Of a stretch of 64,000 nucleotides of DNA, positions 15,924 through 26,503 are shown one piece after another. Both the position numbers and the translations under genes were made by a program. Positions within the stretch are counted from its first letter, which is position 1, and each line of letters starts with the position of its first letter. This DNA is from an uncultured Gemmatimonadales bacterium (GTDB lineage: Bacteria; Gemmatimonadota; Gemmatimonadetes; Gemmatimonadales; GWC2-71-9): the NCBI GenBank assembly GCA_963844035.1, contig CAWJMT010000031.1, forward strand, positions 32,001 to 96,000, read 5' to 3'. The notes under the pieces were generated by a model. The model was not told where the DNA came from, made no database searches, and worked only from the letters and a program-made list of their open reading frames with translations.

Positions 15924-17304
15924 TACGCGGGGACGTCGCCGCCGACGAGCGCCTCTTCGATGCGCACGTGCGGCGCGCCTTCGGTGACGGCGAGCGGGAA
16001 CTGCCCGCCCTTGCCGCATCCACCGCCCATCTGATTCCAGCGGAAGTCGCCGGCGATGCGGTCGATCCGGTCCAACGTCTGGAACAGGTTGCCCGCAATG
16101 ACCACGTCCTTGACCAGCTCGGCCACCTTGCCGTCGCGGATCATGTAGCCGTGGGCAGCGGTGAACGAAAAGTTCTCGAGCATCGTCTGGCCGCCGAACG
16201 CACTACAGGCGTACACGCCCAGCTTGATGTCCCCGATCAGGTCCTCGAACGTGCCCTTCCCGTTCCCGATGTAGGTGTTCGTCATCCGTACGATCGGCGG
16301 GTGGCGGAACGACATCGCGCGGGCGTTACCGGTAGGCTGCTCGTTCATCGCGGCGGCGGTCTCGCGGGAATGCAGCCGGCCCACCAGGATGCCCCTCGCG
16401 GATCAGCGGCGTGTCGCGCGTCGGGGTGCCTTCGTCGTCGTACGGAAGCGTGCCGCGCAGGCCCGGCGCGGCGCCGTTGTCGCCCACGTTCAACGACCGG
16501 CTTCCCGAAGCGGCGGCCCAGCGTCATCATCTCGCGCGCCTGCGGGTTCTCGTACACGAAGTCTGCTTCCGAGAGATGCCCGAACGCTTCGTGGATGAAT
16601 ACGCCGGCGAGCTCCGGATCGAGCACGACAGGATAGGTGCCGCCCGCGACGCCGGGCGCATCGAGCAGGGCCACGGCGCGGCGCGCCGCGTCCTCAAACC
16701 CCGGCGCGGCATCCTGCACGCTGCGCCAGCCGCGCCGCAGGCCGATCGACTCGAGTCCCTTTTCGATCACGCCGTCACGCCGCGCCACCGCGGTGCCCGA
16801 CAGCGTCACCTCGGGCCGGACTTCGTGGAGCAGCGCGCCCTCGGAGTTGACGTACCAGTACTCCGACACTTCGTCGTGGTAGCTCGCGTTGGTGTCCACC
16901 ACCCGGCCATCCACGGCGAGCATCGCGCCGTTGTATGCCTCGATCAACCGTTTCTTTTCGGAGAGCGGGATCGCGCGGACGTCGCCGTCCAGATCGAGGG
17001 CCACATCGGCCACCTGAGGAGGGACCGCGCCGAGGCGGATCGGCCGGTCGAGCTGCACGGCGCGGGACAGCTCGCCCGCGCGGGCGACCATCCCTGAGAG
17101 CTGGTCGAGCGAGGTGAACGCGGCGATTCCCCAGCCGCACCCGTGGTGCAGGGCGCGCACGAACCCGCCCTGGTCTTCGCTTGCGGTGGCGGTCTCGAGC
17201 CGGCGCCCGCGGAAGGCGACGTGCGAGGTCCAGGTGCGTTCGAGGCGGATTTCGGTGTAGTCGGCGTGCGACGCGCGCAGCGCGTCGGTCAGACGGTCCT
17301 TCAC
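15923..17304 (-). CDS. tldD: TldD metalloprotease (frameshifts near 16390-16500)
   Basis: HEAFGHLSEAD zinc motif, YDDEG, TGNARA...PIVRMTNTY, GGCGKGGQ. Confidence 0.9.
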
Positions 17305-17870
17305 TCCCCGAATTCCCTCAGCTTCTCCGCGTAGTCGGGGCGTATCACGATCTCGCCGTCGACGATGACCTCGCGGTCCCAGGGGAGAATGATGAAGTTG
17401 GTGCTCTCGAGCGCGTAGTAGTCGGGCTTGTAGTCGCCGGTGCGGAACGAGACGGCGGTCTTGACGGCCGCGGGGTTCAGCTCGCGCACGGCCGACAGCG
17501 CCAGCTTCATGGTGTCGCCCGAGTCGCACGTCTCATCCACGATCAGCACGCGCTGCCCGGTGACGATGCGGGAGGGTCCCGCGATCACCGTGGGACGCGC
17601 CCCATCCGCCTCGCGGGTGATGGCGATGGACGCGAAATTTCGCTGCAGGATGCTCGCGACCACGGCGCCGGGGATGACGCCCGCGCGGGCGATTCCGATC
17701 ACAAGCTGCGGATCGTAGTCGCGGAAAATCTTCAGGGCGAGCGCCCGGCACAGCTCACCGAAAAACGGCCAGTCCACCTGGAGCACACCGTGCGGGGCCT
17801 TGTGCACCGGCCGACCGGCCCGGCGCTGGGGCGGCGGTGGGGGGAACGGGGGCATCGAGCGGGAAGGCAT
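17301..17870 (-). CDS. Type I phosphoribosyltransferase (purine PRT-like)
   Basis: VIGIARAGVIPG, VLIVDETCDSGDT PRPP-binding loop, PDYY...ILPWD. Confidence 0.85.
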   Translation of the reverse strand: MPSRSMPPFPPPPPQRRAGRPVHKAPHGVLQVDWPFFGELCRALALKIFRDYDPQLVIGIARAGVIPGAVVASILQRNFASIAITREADGARPTVIAGPSRIVTGQRVLIVDETCDSGDTMKLALSAVRELNPAAVKTAVSFRTGDYKPDYYALESTNFIILPWDREVIVDGEIVIRPDYAEKLREFGE

Positions 17871-17922
17871 CGTATCGGAACCTACATTGCTAAACGATGA
17901 CGCCGCAAGCTATTTTCGGCAC

Positions 17923-18378
17923 ATGGGTTTTTGGCGCCGACTGTTCCGCCGCTCAGTAGGCGACGATCTCCAACCCAAGCGTCTCGACTATCTCAACGAG
18001 GCGCTGGCCCTCGAGCGTCAGGGCGATTACGAAGCCGCCCTCACCTCGTACCGGTTGGCGTTGCGCGACTACCCGAACGACGCCCGTATCCTCCAGAACA
18101 TGGCGATCGCGTTCACCAAAACGCGGCGCATCGACGAAGCCATCCGGCACTATCGGCGGGCACTCGAGCTCGATACCAGCCTCGCCGGGGCGCACTACGG
18201 GCTCGCTTTCCTGCTGCTCAAGCGCGGCGACCCCGACGGCGCCGAGCAGCATCTCAAGGCGTTCCTGCTGCACCCGCCCAAGGGACCGGACGCGCAGAAG
18301 TGGGTGGAGCACGCCATGCAGGCGCTACGGGACCTCGGAGCCGGGCCGCCGCAGGCGCTCTCGGCGGAGGCGCCCTGA
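17923..18378 (+). CDS. TPR protein
   Basis: Three TPR repeats, e.g. EAIRHYRRALELDTSLAGAHYGLAFLL. Confidence 0.85.
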   Translation: MGFWRRLFRRSVGDDLQPKRLDYLNEALALERQGDYEAALTSYRLALRDYPNDARILQNMAIAFTKTRRIDEAIRHYRRALELDTSLAGAHYGLAFLLLKRGDPDGAEQHLKAFLLHPPKGPDAQKWVEHAMQALRDLGAGPPQALSAEAP

Positions 18379-18734
18379 GCCGCTGGCGCCGGGCCGGCAC
18401 CGGCCTGCTCATCTTATCGGCCGTGGGGGTATGGATGGGAGCATGCAGGATCAATCCCGATCTCGATGCGGTCATCCAGATCACCGTCGCCGTCGCCGAT
18501 TCGGTCGAAATGACCGATACTCTGCGCGCCCACGCCAGCGCGGGCACGGCGCGAGGCGACACTGTGCCAATGACGTTCACCTGGACGAGCTTTGACACGT
18601 TGGTCCTCGCGGTGGCCGATAGCGTGGCGGGCGTGTTCGTCGGCCGGCAGGTCGGCGCGACCCGTATCCAGGTCCACTCAGACAACCTGTACAGCAACCC
18701 GATCACGATTACCGTGACGCCAGCGACACCGTGA
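18375..18734 (+). CDS. Small lipoprotein with an Ig-like beta domain
   Basis: Hydrophobic stretch ending MGAC (lipobox-like), beta-rich FTWTSFD...GVFVGRQVGATRI. Start (CTG overlapping the TPR stop) is uncertain. Confidence 0.55.
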   Translation: MSRWRRAGTGLLILSAVGVWMGACRINPDLDAVIQITVAVADSVEMTDTLRAHASAGTARGDTVPMTFTWTSFDTLVLAVADSVAGVFVGRQVGATRIQVHSDNLYSNPITITVTPATP

Positions 18735-20555
18735 GCCCCGCGACCAAGGGCACCCTCACCCGCCTGTTCTTCGACGCGCTCGAGCGGCATCGGGGGCTGC
18801 CCGCTGCGCTCCGGCACAAGGTCGGCGACCGCTGGGTCGCCCTGACGCACAGCGAGGTGGAAGAGAGGGTCCGCGCCGTGTCGCTCGGCCTGCGCGAGCT
18901 CGGCGTGAGCCCAGGGGACCGGGTGTCGATCCTGTCGGAGAACCGCCCCGAGTGGGCGATCGCCGACTACGCCTGCCTGTGCGCGCGGGCAGCGGATGTA
19001 CCGATCTACCCGACCCTGCCGGCGAAGCAGGCGGAGTACATCCTGCGCGACGCGGGCGCGGTGGCCGTGTTCTGCTCGACCGCCGCGCAGCTCGCGAAGG
19101 TGCTCGAGGTGCGGGCCAACCTGCCGGCGCTGCGGCACATCATCGCGTTCGATCCCGCCACCCAGGACGGGGTGATGAGCTTCGCCGACCTCGAGGCGCG
19201 CGGCCGCGCCGCGGTCGGGAAGTATCCGCAGTACCGCGCTGAGGCGCTCGCGGTCGAGCCCGACCAGCTGGCGACGTTGATCTATACGTCGGGCACCACC
19301 GGCGACCCGAAGGGCGTGATGCTGTCGCACAACAATCTCTGGTCGAACGTGCTGTGACTCGCTCCAGACCATGACGGTCGTCCCGGGAGACGAGTGCCTC
19401 TCCATGCTGCCGCTGTCGCACGTGTTCGAGCGGATGGTGGGGTATACGATGTTCCACGGCGGCGTGATCATCAACTATGCCGAGTCGTTCGACAAGGTCG
19501 CCGACAACATGCGGGAGGTGCGCCCCACCGTCGTGCTGTCGGTGCCCCGCTTCTACGAGAAAGTGTACGCGCGGGTGCTCGAGAACGCGCTCGCGGGGAG
19601 TGCGGTGAAGCGCAACATCTTTTTCTGGGGCAAACGCACCGGCGACGCATGGGCCACCTATCGCCTCGCCGGGCTGGCCGTCCCGGCGGGGCTCAAGTTC
19701 AAGCACGCGATCGCCGACCGGCTGGTGTTTTCCAAGCTGCGCGCCCGCACCGGCGGCCGCGTCAAGTTCTTCGTGTCCGGGGGCGCGCCCTTGTCGGCGG
19801 AGATCGCGAAGTTCCTGTTCAGTGCGGGTCTTCCCGTGTGCGAAGGGTACGGCCTGACCGAGACGTCCCCCGTGCTGACGATCAACCCGGTCGAGCGCAT
19901 CAAGGTCGGCACGGTGGGCGCGGCGATTCCGGGCGTGCAGCTCCGCATCGCGCCGGACGGTGAGATCCTCGCCAAGGGACCGGGGATCATGCAGGGCTAC
20001 TACAACAAGCCCGAGGCCACGCGCGAGGCGATCGATGCCGAGGGGTGGTTTCACACCGGCGACATCGGCGAGCTCGACGCCGACGGCTATCTGAAAATCA
20101 CCGACCGCAAGAAGGATCTGATCGTCACCGCCGGGGGCAAGAACATCGCGCCGCAGCCGATCGAGAACCTCGTCAAGCACAACAAGTTCGTCGCCAACGC
20201 GGTGATGCTGGGCGACAGGCGCAAGTTCACGATCATGCTGGTGGTGCCGAATTTCGACAACCTGGAGCGGTGGACGGCGGAGCGGCGGTTGTCCGCGAGC
20301 ACGCGCGCGGCGCTGATCGCGCTGCCCGACGTGCAGGCCAAGGTGGAGCGCGAGGTGATGGGCGAGCTGCGCGAGCTGGCCAAGTACGAGATGCCGAAGC
20401 GGGTGCTGCTGCTCGAGCACGACTTCACGATCGACTCGGGCGAGCTGACGCCGACGCTCAAGGTCAAGCGGCGCGTGGTGGAGAAGCGCTACAAGGAGCT
20501 GGTGGATCGCGCGTACGCCGAGGGGGATCCGCTCACGGCGTCGTTGGAGGGTTAG
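18731..20555 (+). CDS. Long-chain fatty acid-CoA ligase (frameshift near 19355)
   Basis: YTSGTTGDPKGVML, LPLSHVFER, GYGLTETSP, GWFHTGDIG, ITDRKKDLIVTAGGKNIAPQPIE, ELTPTLKVKR. Confidence 0.92.
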
Positions 20556-20571
20556 AGCGGCGGTTCGCCGC

Positions 20572-21195
20572 TCATAGAGGGACCGCGTATCCCTGGATAT
20601 TGCTCGCCACGAGCCAGCACGGCACGCCAAGCTGGGAGAAGCGCTGCAGCAGGACGGCACGATCGGCGGCGGTCGGCGCGCCAAACTGCAGCCGGTTGTT
20701 GGACTCGTGAATGTCCGTGTAACTCACTCCGACAGGCAGTCCCGCCACCAACAGGATGTAGCGGTACCAGTCGTGGAGCTGGACCCAATTCCAACGCACC
20801 GGGCGCACCACCACCGAATCACGAGCGAATGAGGGATGCGACCAAGGATAGTGAGCGTCCAGTGAGTCGAGCGCGTCCGCGATATGGGTGGTGTCGACGA
20901 ACATGAGTACGGGGGTGCTTCGCCCATTGACCGGGGTGAGGTACATGCCGGCCCATCCGCCCGGCACAAAGGCCGAGAGGTTGTACCACGCATCGTCAAT
21001 GGTGAGGGAACCCGTCTGAGGCACAGGAGGGAGGGAGCTACGGCGCGCCGCGGAGAGGCTTACGGCGGGCGCCGCGGAGTCACATCCAGGAGGATTGGCC
21101 CACACGAATGACGGATCCGCGTTGGCATCCGACACCGGGTCGGAACAAGCAACCCAGATCAGAGCGAGAGGCACGGCACTCAGGAAGCGACGCAT
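20572..21195 (-). CDS. Hypothetical lipoprotein
   Basis: MRRFLSAVPLALIWVAC signal/lipobox; GGAGGG RBS upstream; no family recognised. Confidence 0.65.
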   Translation of the reverse strand: MRRFLSAVPLALIWVACSDPVSDANADPSFVWANPPGCDSAAPAVSLSAARRSSLPPVPQTGSLTIDDAWYNLSAFVPGGWAGMYLTPVNGRSTPVLMFVDTTHIADALDSLDAHYPWSHPSFARDSVVVRPVRWNWVQLHDWYRYILLVAGLPVGVSYTDIHESNNRLQFGAPTAADRAVLLQRFSQLGVPCWLVASNIQGYAVPL

Positions 21196-21326
21196 CAGCC
21201 AGCCCTCCCTTCGGATCCCTCTTTCATAGGCGCTTGAACGAGTAAAGCGATGTCACTCGGACCGATCCGTGGGGCGAACGCCTTCCTTCCTTGGTCAACC
21301 TATGGTGCGCGTCCTATTGGACGTAT

Positions 21327-21464
21327 CCCGGGCTAAAGCCCGGGCTCGGCGCTTGTGCGCCCTGTAAGGGCGCACCCTTGGGCCGAGCGCGCCCTCTCAG
21401 GGCGCGTCCCCACCCTGGCATACCGGCTAAACCTTGCCCCCCGGGGCCGTAACCCCAGGGGGCA
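21327..21464. repeat. Cluster of REP-like short palindromes
   Basis: CCCGGGCT-AA-AGCCCGGG (21327-21344), GTGCGCCCT-GTA-AGGGCGCAC (21355-21375), CGCGCCCT-CTC-AGGGCGCG (21388-21406) and a further GC hairpin at 21435-21464. Confidence 0.65.
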
Positions 21465-21502
21465 GGTGTACACCATGCGGGCAGGGATGTCTTAGTGGAC
21501 CG

Positions 21503-22600
21503 TTAGCAGTCCTCAGGCACCCACACGTTCTCATAATATCCGGTTTCTTGCCAGTCGCCATCATAGATGGGCACAACCTCCCAATGTCCGCACTCAGGAG
21601 GAGGAGGAGGAGGAGAAGGAGGTACGAAACCAAAGTCGTTCAGCCTCCAGCTTTGCGGGGATGAAGTTCCCTCACCAAACGATGAATCGTACCAGCCCCG
21701 GAATCCCAGATCGGTCCAGAAGCATTCAAATCGTCCACCGGCGACGCCCGGCCACCACACCCCGGCCGCGTCCAGGAACTGTTTCTGCACGCAGTCGGCG
21801 TAGCGCACGGCGTAGCTGCCGATGTTCCCCGATGCTCCATTGGGCAGGTACGTTTGTACCCGCAAGGACTGGTCCGCACCCTCGCACGTGTCAAATCCCA
21901 ACGTGCCGCCCTCATTGCATAAAGCTTGGCTTGAGTAGTTCGCATGTTTGCTCGTTGCGACCCAGGCTCGGGGATAGGTGCCTGGATGCCCGGGATAAGT
22001 AAGGTTCTCTGGGTATTGCGGGGAGCCGGGGCCCGTCCAGAATTCCTTGGAGAAGAAGCCGTAGTCGTAGTGTGCAGAGTAGTGGGCTTCATCCAGGACC
22101 CAATGCTCGGTATTGCTCTTGTAGTAGACCACTAGGGCGATCACTTCAGAGTCGCCGTAGTGGGGCTCGATGTGATAGGTGACGTCGCCGTTGTCTATGC
22201 GGTACGACAACAGGTACAAGATGATGACCTTGCCGGGACCGTATGCTTGAAGCCCCGCCGGCCGAATCGGCTTCTGGTCGCTGGCGGCAGTCGGCCTCGC
22301 TGCCCAGCGTGGCTCACGTTCCATGTAGAAACTGGATTTGTACCGCAGCTCCGGCGCAAATGCGTCGGCGAGTGTTTGTTCGCAGAGGTCCGTCAGGCCG
22401 TCCTGGTCCGTGTCCGGCCCGGTGGCGCCCATTGAAGCGAGGCACGAGTTCACACTGAACCCGAGGTACACACCGTACGCCCCCGGATACGGGTCCACGG
22501 CTTGTGGTCGGTCTATCCGGGCAAGCGGGCCGGTGGATTCCTGGGTGCAGCTCGCGAAGAGGAAGAGGACCGCGGCGGGGAACATCAACAATCGCTTCAT
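21503..22600 (-). CDS. Secreted/lipoprotein, possibly Vps62/NPP1-like fold
   Basis: Lipobox FASC; DTDQDGLTD Ca-type motif; FAPELRY, HYGDSE, YSAH, PRAWVATSKHANY; poly-Pro C-terminal linker; codon usage unlike the core genes. Confidence 0.6.
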   Translation of the reverse strand: MKRLLMFPAAVLFLFASCTQESTGPLARIDRPQAVDPYPGAYGVYLGFSVNSCLASMGATGPDTDQDGLTDLCEQTLADAFAPELRYKSSFYMEREPRWAARPTAASDQKPIRPAGLQAYGPGKVIILYLLSYRIDNGDVTYHIEPHYGDSEVIALVVYYKSNTEHWVLDEAHYSAHYDYGFFSKEFWTGPGSPQYPENLTYPGHPGTYPRAWVATSKHANYSSQALCNEGGTLGFDTCEGADQSLRVQTYLPNGASGNIGSYAVRYADCVQKQFLDAAGVWWPGVAGGRFECFWTDLGFRGWYDSSFGEGTSSPQSWRLNDFGFVPPSPPPPPPECGHWEVVPIYDGDWQETGYYENVWVPEDC

Positions 22601-22619
22601 GGGGCACGTCCGTTAGGAA

Positions 22620-22673
22620 GTGAGAGGTGAGATGTGAGAGGAGGGGGGTGAGAGGAGGGGGGTGAGAGGAGAG
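22620..22673. repeat. Heptamer tandem repeat (GTGAGAG/GAGGGGG units)
   Basis: gtgagag gtgagat gtgagag gaggggg gtgagag gaggggg gtgagag read directly. Confidence 0.75.
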
Positions 22674-22728
22674 CGGTCTACCATTTCACAGTACGGCGTG
22701 GCACCTGTTGGCGCCATCAGGTGCACCC

Positions 22729-23344
22729 CTAGCCCTTCTCCCCCGCCCACAACCCCTGCCCCACCGCCAGCCGGTTGATCCCCGCCGGCGGCACCAGGTC
22801 TTCCCGCTCGACCACGAACCGCCGCCCGCGTAGCAGCACCCGGTGCGCCTCCTCGAGCCACACGGCATCCGATCGATCCGCGCCGAGCACCACGCCGCGC
22901 GCCATCGACGGACGCAGCGGAATCGTATTGCGCGAACGCAACAGGCTCAGCACCGGCGATTCCTCGACGCCCGCCGGCGCATCCACGCCGACGAAATGGA
23001 TCCCACCCATCAGTGCGGCGAGCCCGGCCGCGTGGCGCGTCGCCGCGCCCAGCAGGACGACGAAGCCGCCGGGACCGCTTAGATCCAGGAGGGCTTGGAG
23101 GGTTTGAGCATCATGGGGAAGGGGGACAGGGGACGGGGGATGGGTCTCAGCATCAGCCACCCTCCCCCCGTCCTCCCCTGAAGTCGACAATTCCCTTCGC
23201 TATCGGATACTCGCGTTTGCATATCGGACATCCGACAATTCCCGACCGCACCATCCGGCCTAACATCTCGCCGGTCGAGAGCACCAAGACATCGAGCGGA
23301 TGCTCCTCGGGACAGCGCAGCATCTCCGTCAGCTCAATGTGCAT
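22729..23344 (-). CDS. Trm112-like Zn-ribbon domain joined to a degenerate methyltransferase-like domain (frameshift near 23165)
   Basis: LRCPEEH...GIVGCPICKREYPIAKGIVDF N-part; C-part with FVVLLG...EAHRVLLRGRRFVV. The parts join across a G/C homopolymer repeat. Confidence 0.55.
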
Positions 23345-25128
23345 CGAGCCGAAAGACCACCCACGTCAACGCATCCTCCTGGACCCGCACCCGGCGCGTG
23401 AGCTGCCGCCCACTCACGTCCACGGTGAGCGTGTAGTCACCGGGCGGCACGTCGCTCACGGCAAAGTGCTCGTGATAGGCGGGGTCGGGGTGATTGTGCT
23501 CGCCGTAGGTCTCAGCGTACGCGTAGGGCGTCTCCTGCGGTTCGGCCTTGCGCAGTCCATACACACGCGCCTGTGGCACCGGCCGCCCCTCGGCATCCCA
23601 CACCTGTCCCGCGACAACACCCGTCCCCGGCAGCGGGGCGATCCACAACTCCGGATTGACGGTGTAGCGCGGGTATCGCTGGTTCGGATCGACGATCAGC
23701 GAAACGGAGTCGGAGGGCGACGCGTGCACCTCAAGGTGCAGGTGGTCGTTGGTGGCGCGCCGGTGTTGCCGACCTGCGCGATCACATCGCCCTGCTTCAC
23801 CCGCTGTCCCGCCGACACCAGCAGCGCGCGATTGTGATAGTAGGTTGAGAAGAGAAACAACGGCTCCCCCTTCGGCCCCTTGGCGCGGCGGTCATGGCGG
23901 ATCGCCACGGTATTCGAGCCCTGCTCGGCGAGGCCGGCGAACACGACCACTCCGTCGCCGATCGCGTGGACCGCCGTGCCGTCGGGGTTGTTGAACTCCA
24001 CTCCCTGATGCTGCTGGAAGTTGCCGCCCATCGTGGAGCCGTAGCGGTAGGTCTGGTCGATGTACGGCTGGTCGTCGAGGGCGATCGGGCGCGCGAACCA
24101 GCTGTGCCGCAACCCGGACGTCGCGGTATCGGGGCGCTGTGGGACGTTGACGCTGAGCGAGCGTTCGCTCCCTGATCGAACCGGCAGGACGCGAGCCCGC
24201 TGGTGCGTCCGATCGCGTACGCACCCGTTGGGCGAGCGGCAGGAGCGCGGTGGCGAATGGCGCGGCGTCGCAGCTGTTCAGCGCAGGGCCGTCGGATCGG
24301 CCGATGCCTTGAGGCGTCGCCGCGTATAGCTCGCCCGACGGCGCGCGCGCCAGCGCCTGGACCGGGGGGAGATCACGCCGGTCGATCCACGCGCCCCGCG
24401 CCGGATCGAAGCGATACAACCCCCGCTCGGTGCCGACCCATGCCGTACCGTCGGCGTTGACGGCGAGCGCCCGCACCCGCGCGGGCGACGGATATTCGCG
24501 CCAGCTGCGCCCTCCGTCCTGCGAGCGGGCGATACCGCGGAGGTGGCCGGCCCACAGGCTGCCATCGGGCCCGGCCCCCAGTGCGTTGACATACTGGCTC
24601 GCGATTTTCCCCCACACGTGCGTCGCCGAGCCCGTGCCGATAGAATCGGTGATCTCGGCCCAGGTCGCTCCACGATCGTAGGACAGCTTGATCCCGTCTG
24701 CCGTCGCGATGTACACCGTGTCGCCGCGCGTCGCGATCCCATTGGGCGCGACGTATTGCCACTCGGGACCGAGCTGCTTGAATTCCCAGTTCGTCCACGT
24801 CTTCCCGCTGTCGGTCGAGACTCCCCAGCCGTTCCCCACGGTGCCGTACCAGATCTCCCCATGCGCGCCGAATGCGAAGGCGTGCACGAAGTCCCAGGAG
24901 ATGGAGTGGGCTGCGCTGTCTTTCGAAAACGCGACGTGCTCCCACGCTGCGTCCCCGGACCGTAGGACATAGATGCCCTCCCCGTACGTTCCCACCCACA
25001 CGGTCCCTCCCGGCTCCGCCGCAAGCGCAAGCACGTGCACGCCCGCGCCCATCGGGATTGGGGAGCGGCGGCAGTTGCTGAGCGACAGCGGGCGACGCGG
25101 CGAGGAGCACGGCGATGAGTGGTCGCAT
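23334..25128 (-). CDS. Secreted beta-propeller + M23 peptidase + carboxypeptidase-regulatory-like domain protein (several frameshifts)
   Basis: Signal MRPLIAVLLAASPAVA; repeated VWVGT/SxDxGxTW propeller motifs; HQGVEF...VHAIGDGVVVFAG, YYH, GQRVKQGDVIAQVGNTG, HLHLEVH; GVVAGQVWDAEGRPV...DVPPGDYTL. Confidence 0.75.
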
Positions 25129-25130
25129 TC

Positions 25131-25851
25131 TCAGCCTCTCGGCGTGTAGCTGCCGGGCATCAACCGCATTTCCGTGACGTCGACGCGCGGCGGGCGTGTG
25201 ACGGCGAACAGCACGGCGGCGGCGACGTCGGACGGGTGCAACATGTCCTTGCGCTTGGTGAACCCGGGCTTCGAGTCGGGGTCCACCGTGTCCCAGGCCG
25301 CGGTGTCCACGGCGCCCGGCGAGATCAACGTGGTGCGCACGCCGCTCCCCGCCAGCTCCGCGGCGATGACGCCGTGCATGCCGCGCAGCCCGAACTTGCT
25401 GGCGACGTACGCCGCATCGCCCGCGAAGGCGACGTGATCGGCGATGCTGCCGATGGTGACGAGGTGACCGCTGCCGCGCCGCCGGAGCAGGGGCACGAGC
25501 AGGCGCGCGAGCAGGAAGGGGCCGGTGAGATTGGTGGCGATCGCCTGCGCGAACTCGGACGCGGTCGTTTCCTCGATCGGCTTCACAAAGAAGACGCCGG
25601 CGTTGCTGACGACGACGTCGGGGACGCCGCGCTCGGCGGTCACCCGCGCCACGACCCGCTCCACCGCGGCCGGATCGGTGACGTCGCACTGCAGGTCGGT
25701 CTGGCGCTCGGTGGCGCCGTCCTTCAGGCTGCGCGCCAGGCGCACGACGTGCGCGCCGGCCGCGCGCAGCTCGTCGGCGACCGCGAGGCCGATGCCGCGC
25801 GAGGCGCCGGTGACGAGCGCGAGTTTTCCAGCGAGCGGCGGCGGCGGTCAC
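25131..25851 (-). CDS. SDR family oxidoreductase, candidate pterin reductase (frameshift near the start)
   Basis: LALVTGASRGIG, SNAG, YVASK catalytic motif, ISPGAVDT; directly downstream of folE. Confidence 0.85.
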
Positions 25852-25852
25852 C

Positions 25853-26503
25853 TCAGCCGCGGCCGCCGTGCACCAGGCGGAGGAACTCGTCGCGCGTCTT
25901 GCCGTCCTCCAGCAGGGCGCCGCGCAACGCGCTCGTGACCGTCTTGGAGTTCTGCTTCTCGACGCCGCGCATCATCATGCAGAGGTGGTACGCCTCGATG
26001 ACGACCCCCACCCCGCGCGGCTCGAGCACGCGCATCAGGGCGTCGGCCATCTGATCGGTGAGCCGCTCCTGCACCTGCAGCCGGCGCGCGAACACCTCGA
26101 TCACCCGCGGGATCTTGGAGAGGCCCACCAGCCGGCCGTTCGGGAGATAGGCGACGTGCGCCTTCCCGAAGAACGGCAGCATGTGGTGCTCGCACAGGGA
26201 GTAGATCTCGATGTCGCGCACGCACACCAGGTTGTCGTGCGGCTCATCGTAGAGCGCGTCGCCGATCACGTCTTCGACGGAGATCCCGTAGCCGCGCGTC
26301 AGCCACTTGAGCGAGGTCTCGACGCGCGTCGGCGTACGGCGCAGACCTTCCCGTGTCGGGTCCTCGCCGAGCTGGACGAGCATCTCCCGCATCAGCCCGT
26401 CGAAGGGCAGCGCCGCGCCCGACGGCCGGGGCGGGGCCGCCTGCGAGCCGTGATCGTCGTGGAAGCTGTGCCGGCTGGCGGACTTCATCTTGTCACGAGC
26501 CAT
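25853..26503 (-). CDS. folE: GTP cyclohydrolase I
   Basis: [50 protein letters not shown]. Confidence 0.96.
   Translation of the reverse strand: MARDKMKSASRHSFHDDHGSQAAPPRPSGAALPFDGLMREMLVQLGEDPTREGLRRTPTRVETSLKWLTRGYGISVEDVIGDALYDEPHDNLVCVRDIEIYSLCEHHMLPFFGKAHVAYLPNGRLVGLSKIPRVIEVFARRLQVQERLTDQMADALMRVLEPRGVGVVIEAYHLCMMMRGVEKQNSKTVTSALRGALLEDGKTRDEFLRLVHGGRG

Noticed and set aside
21595..21622. GGA trinucleotide run as a contingency locus
   Set aside because: It simply encodes a poly-Pro linker on the minus strand; unit changes would not shift the frame.
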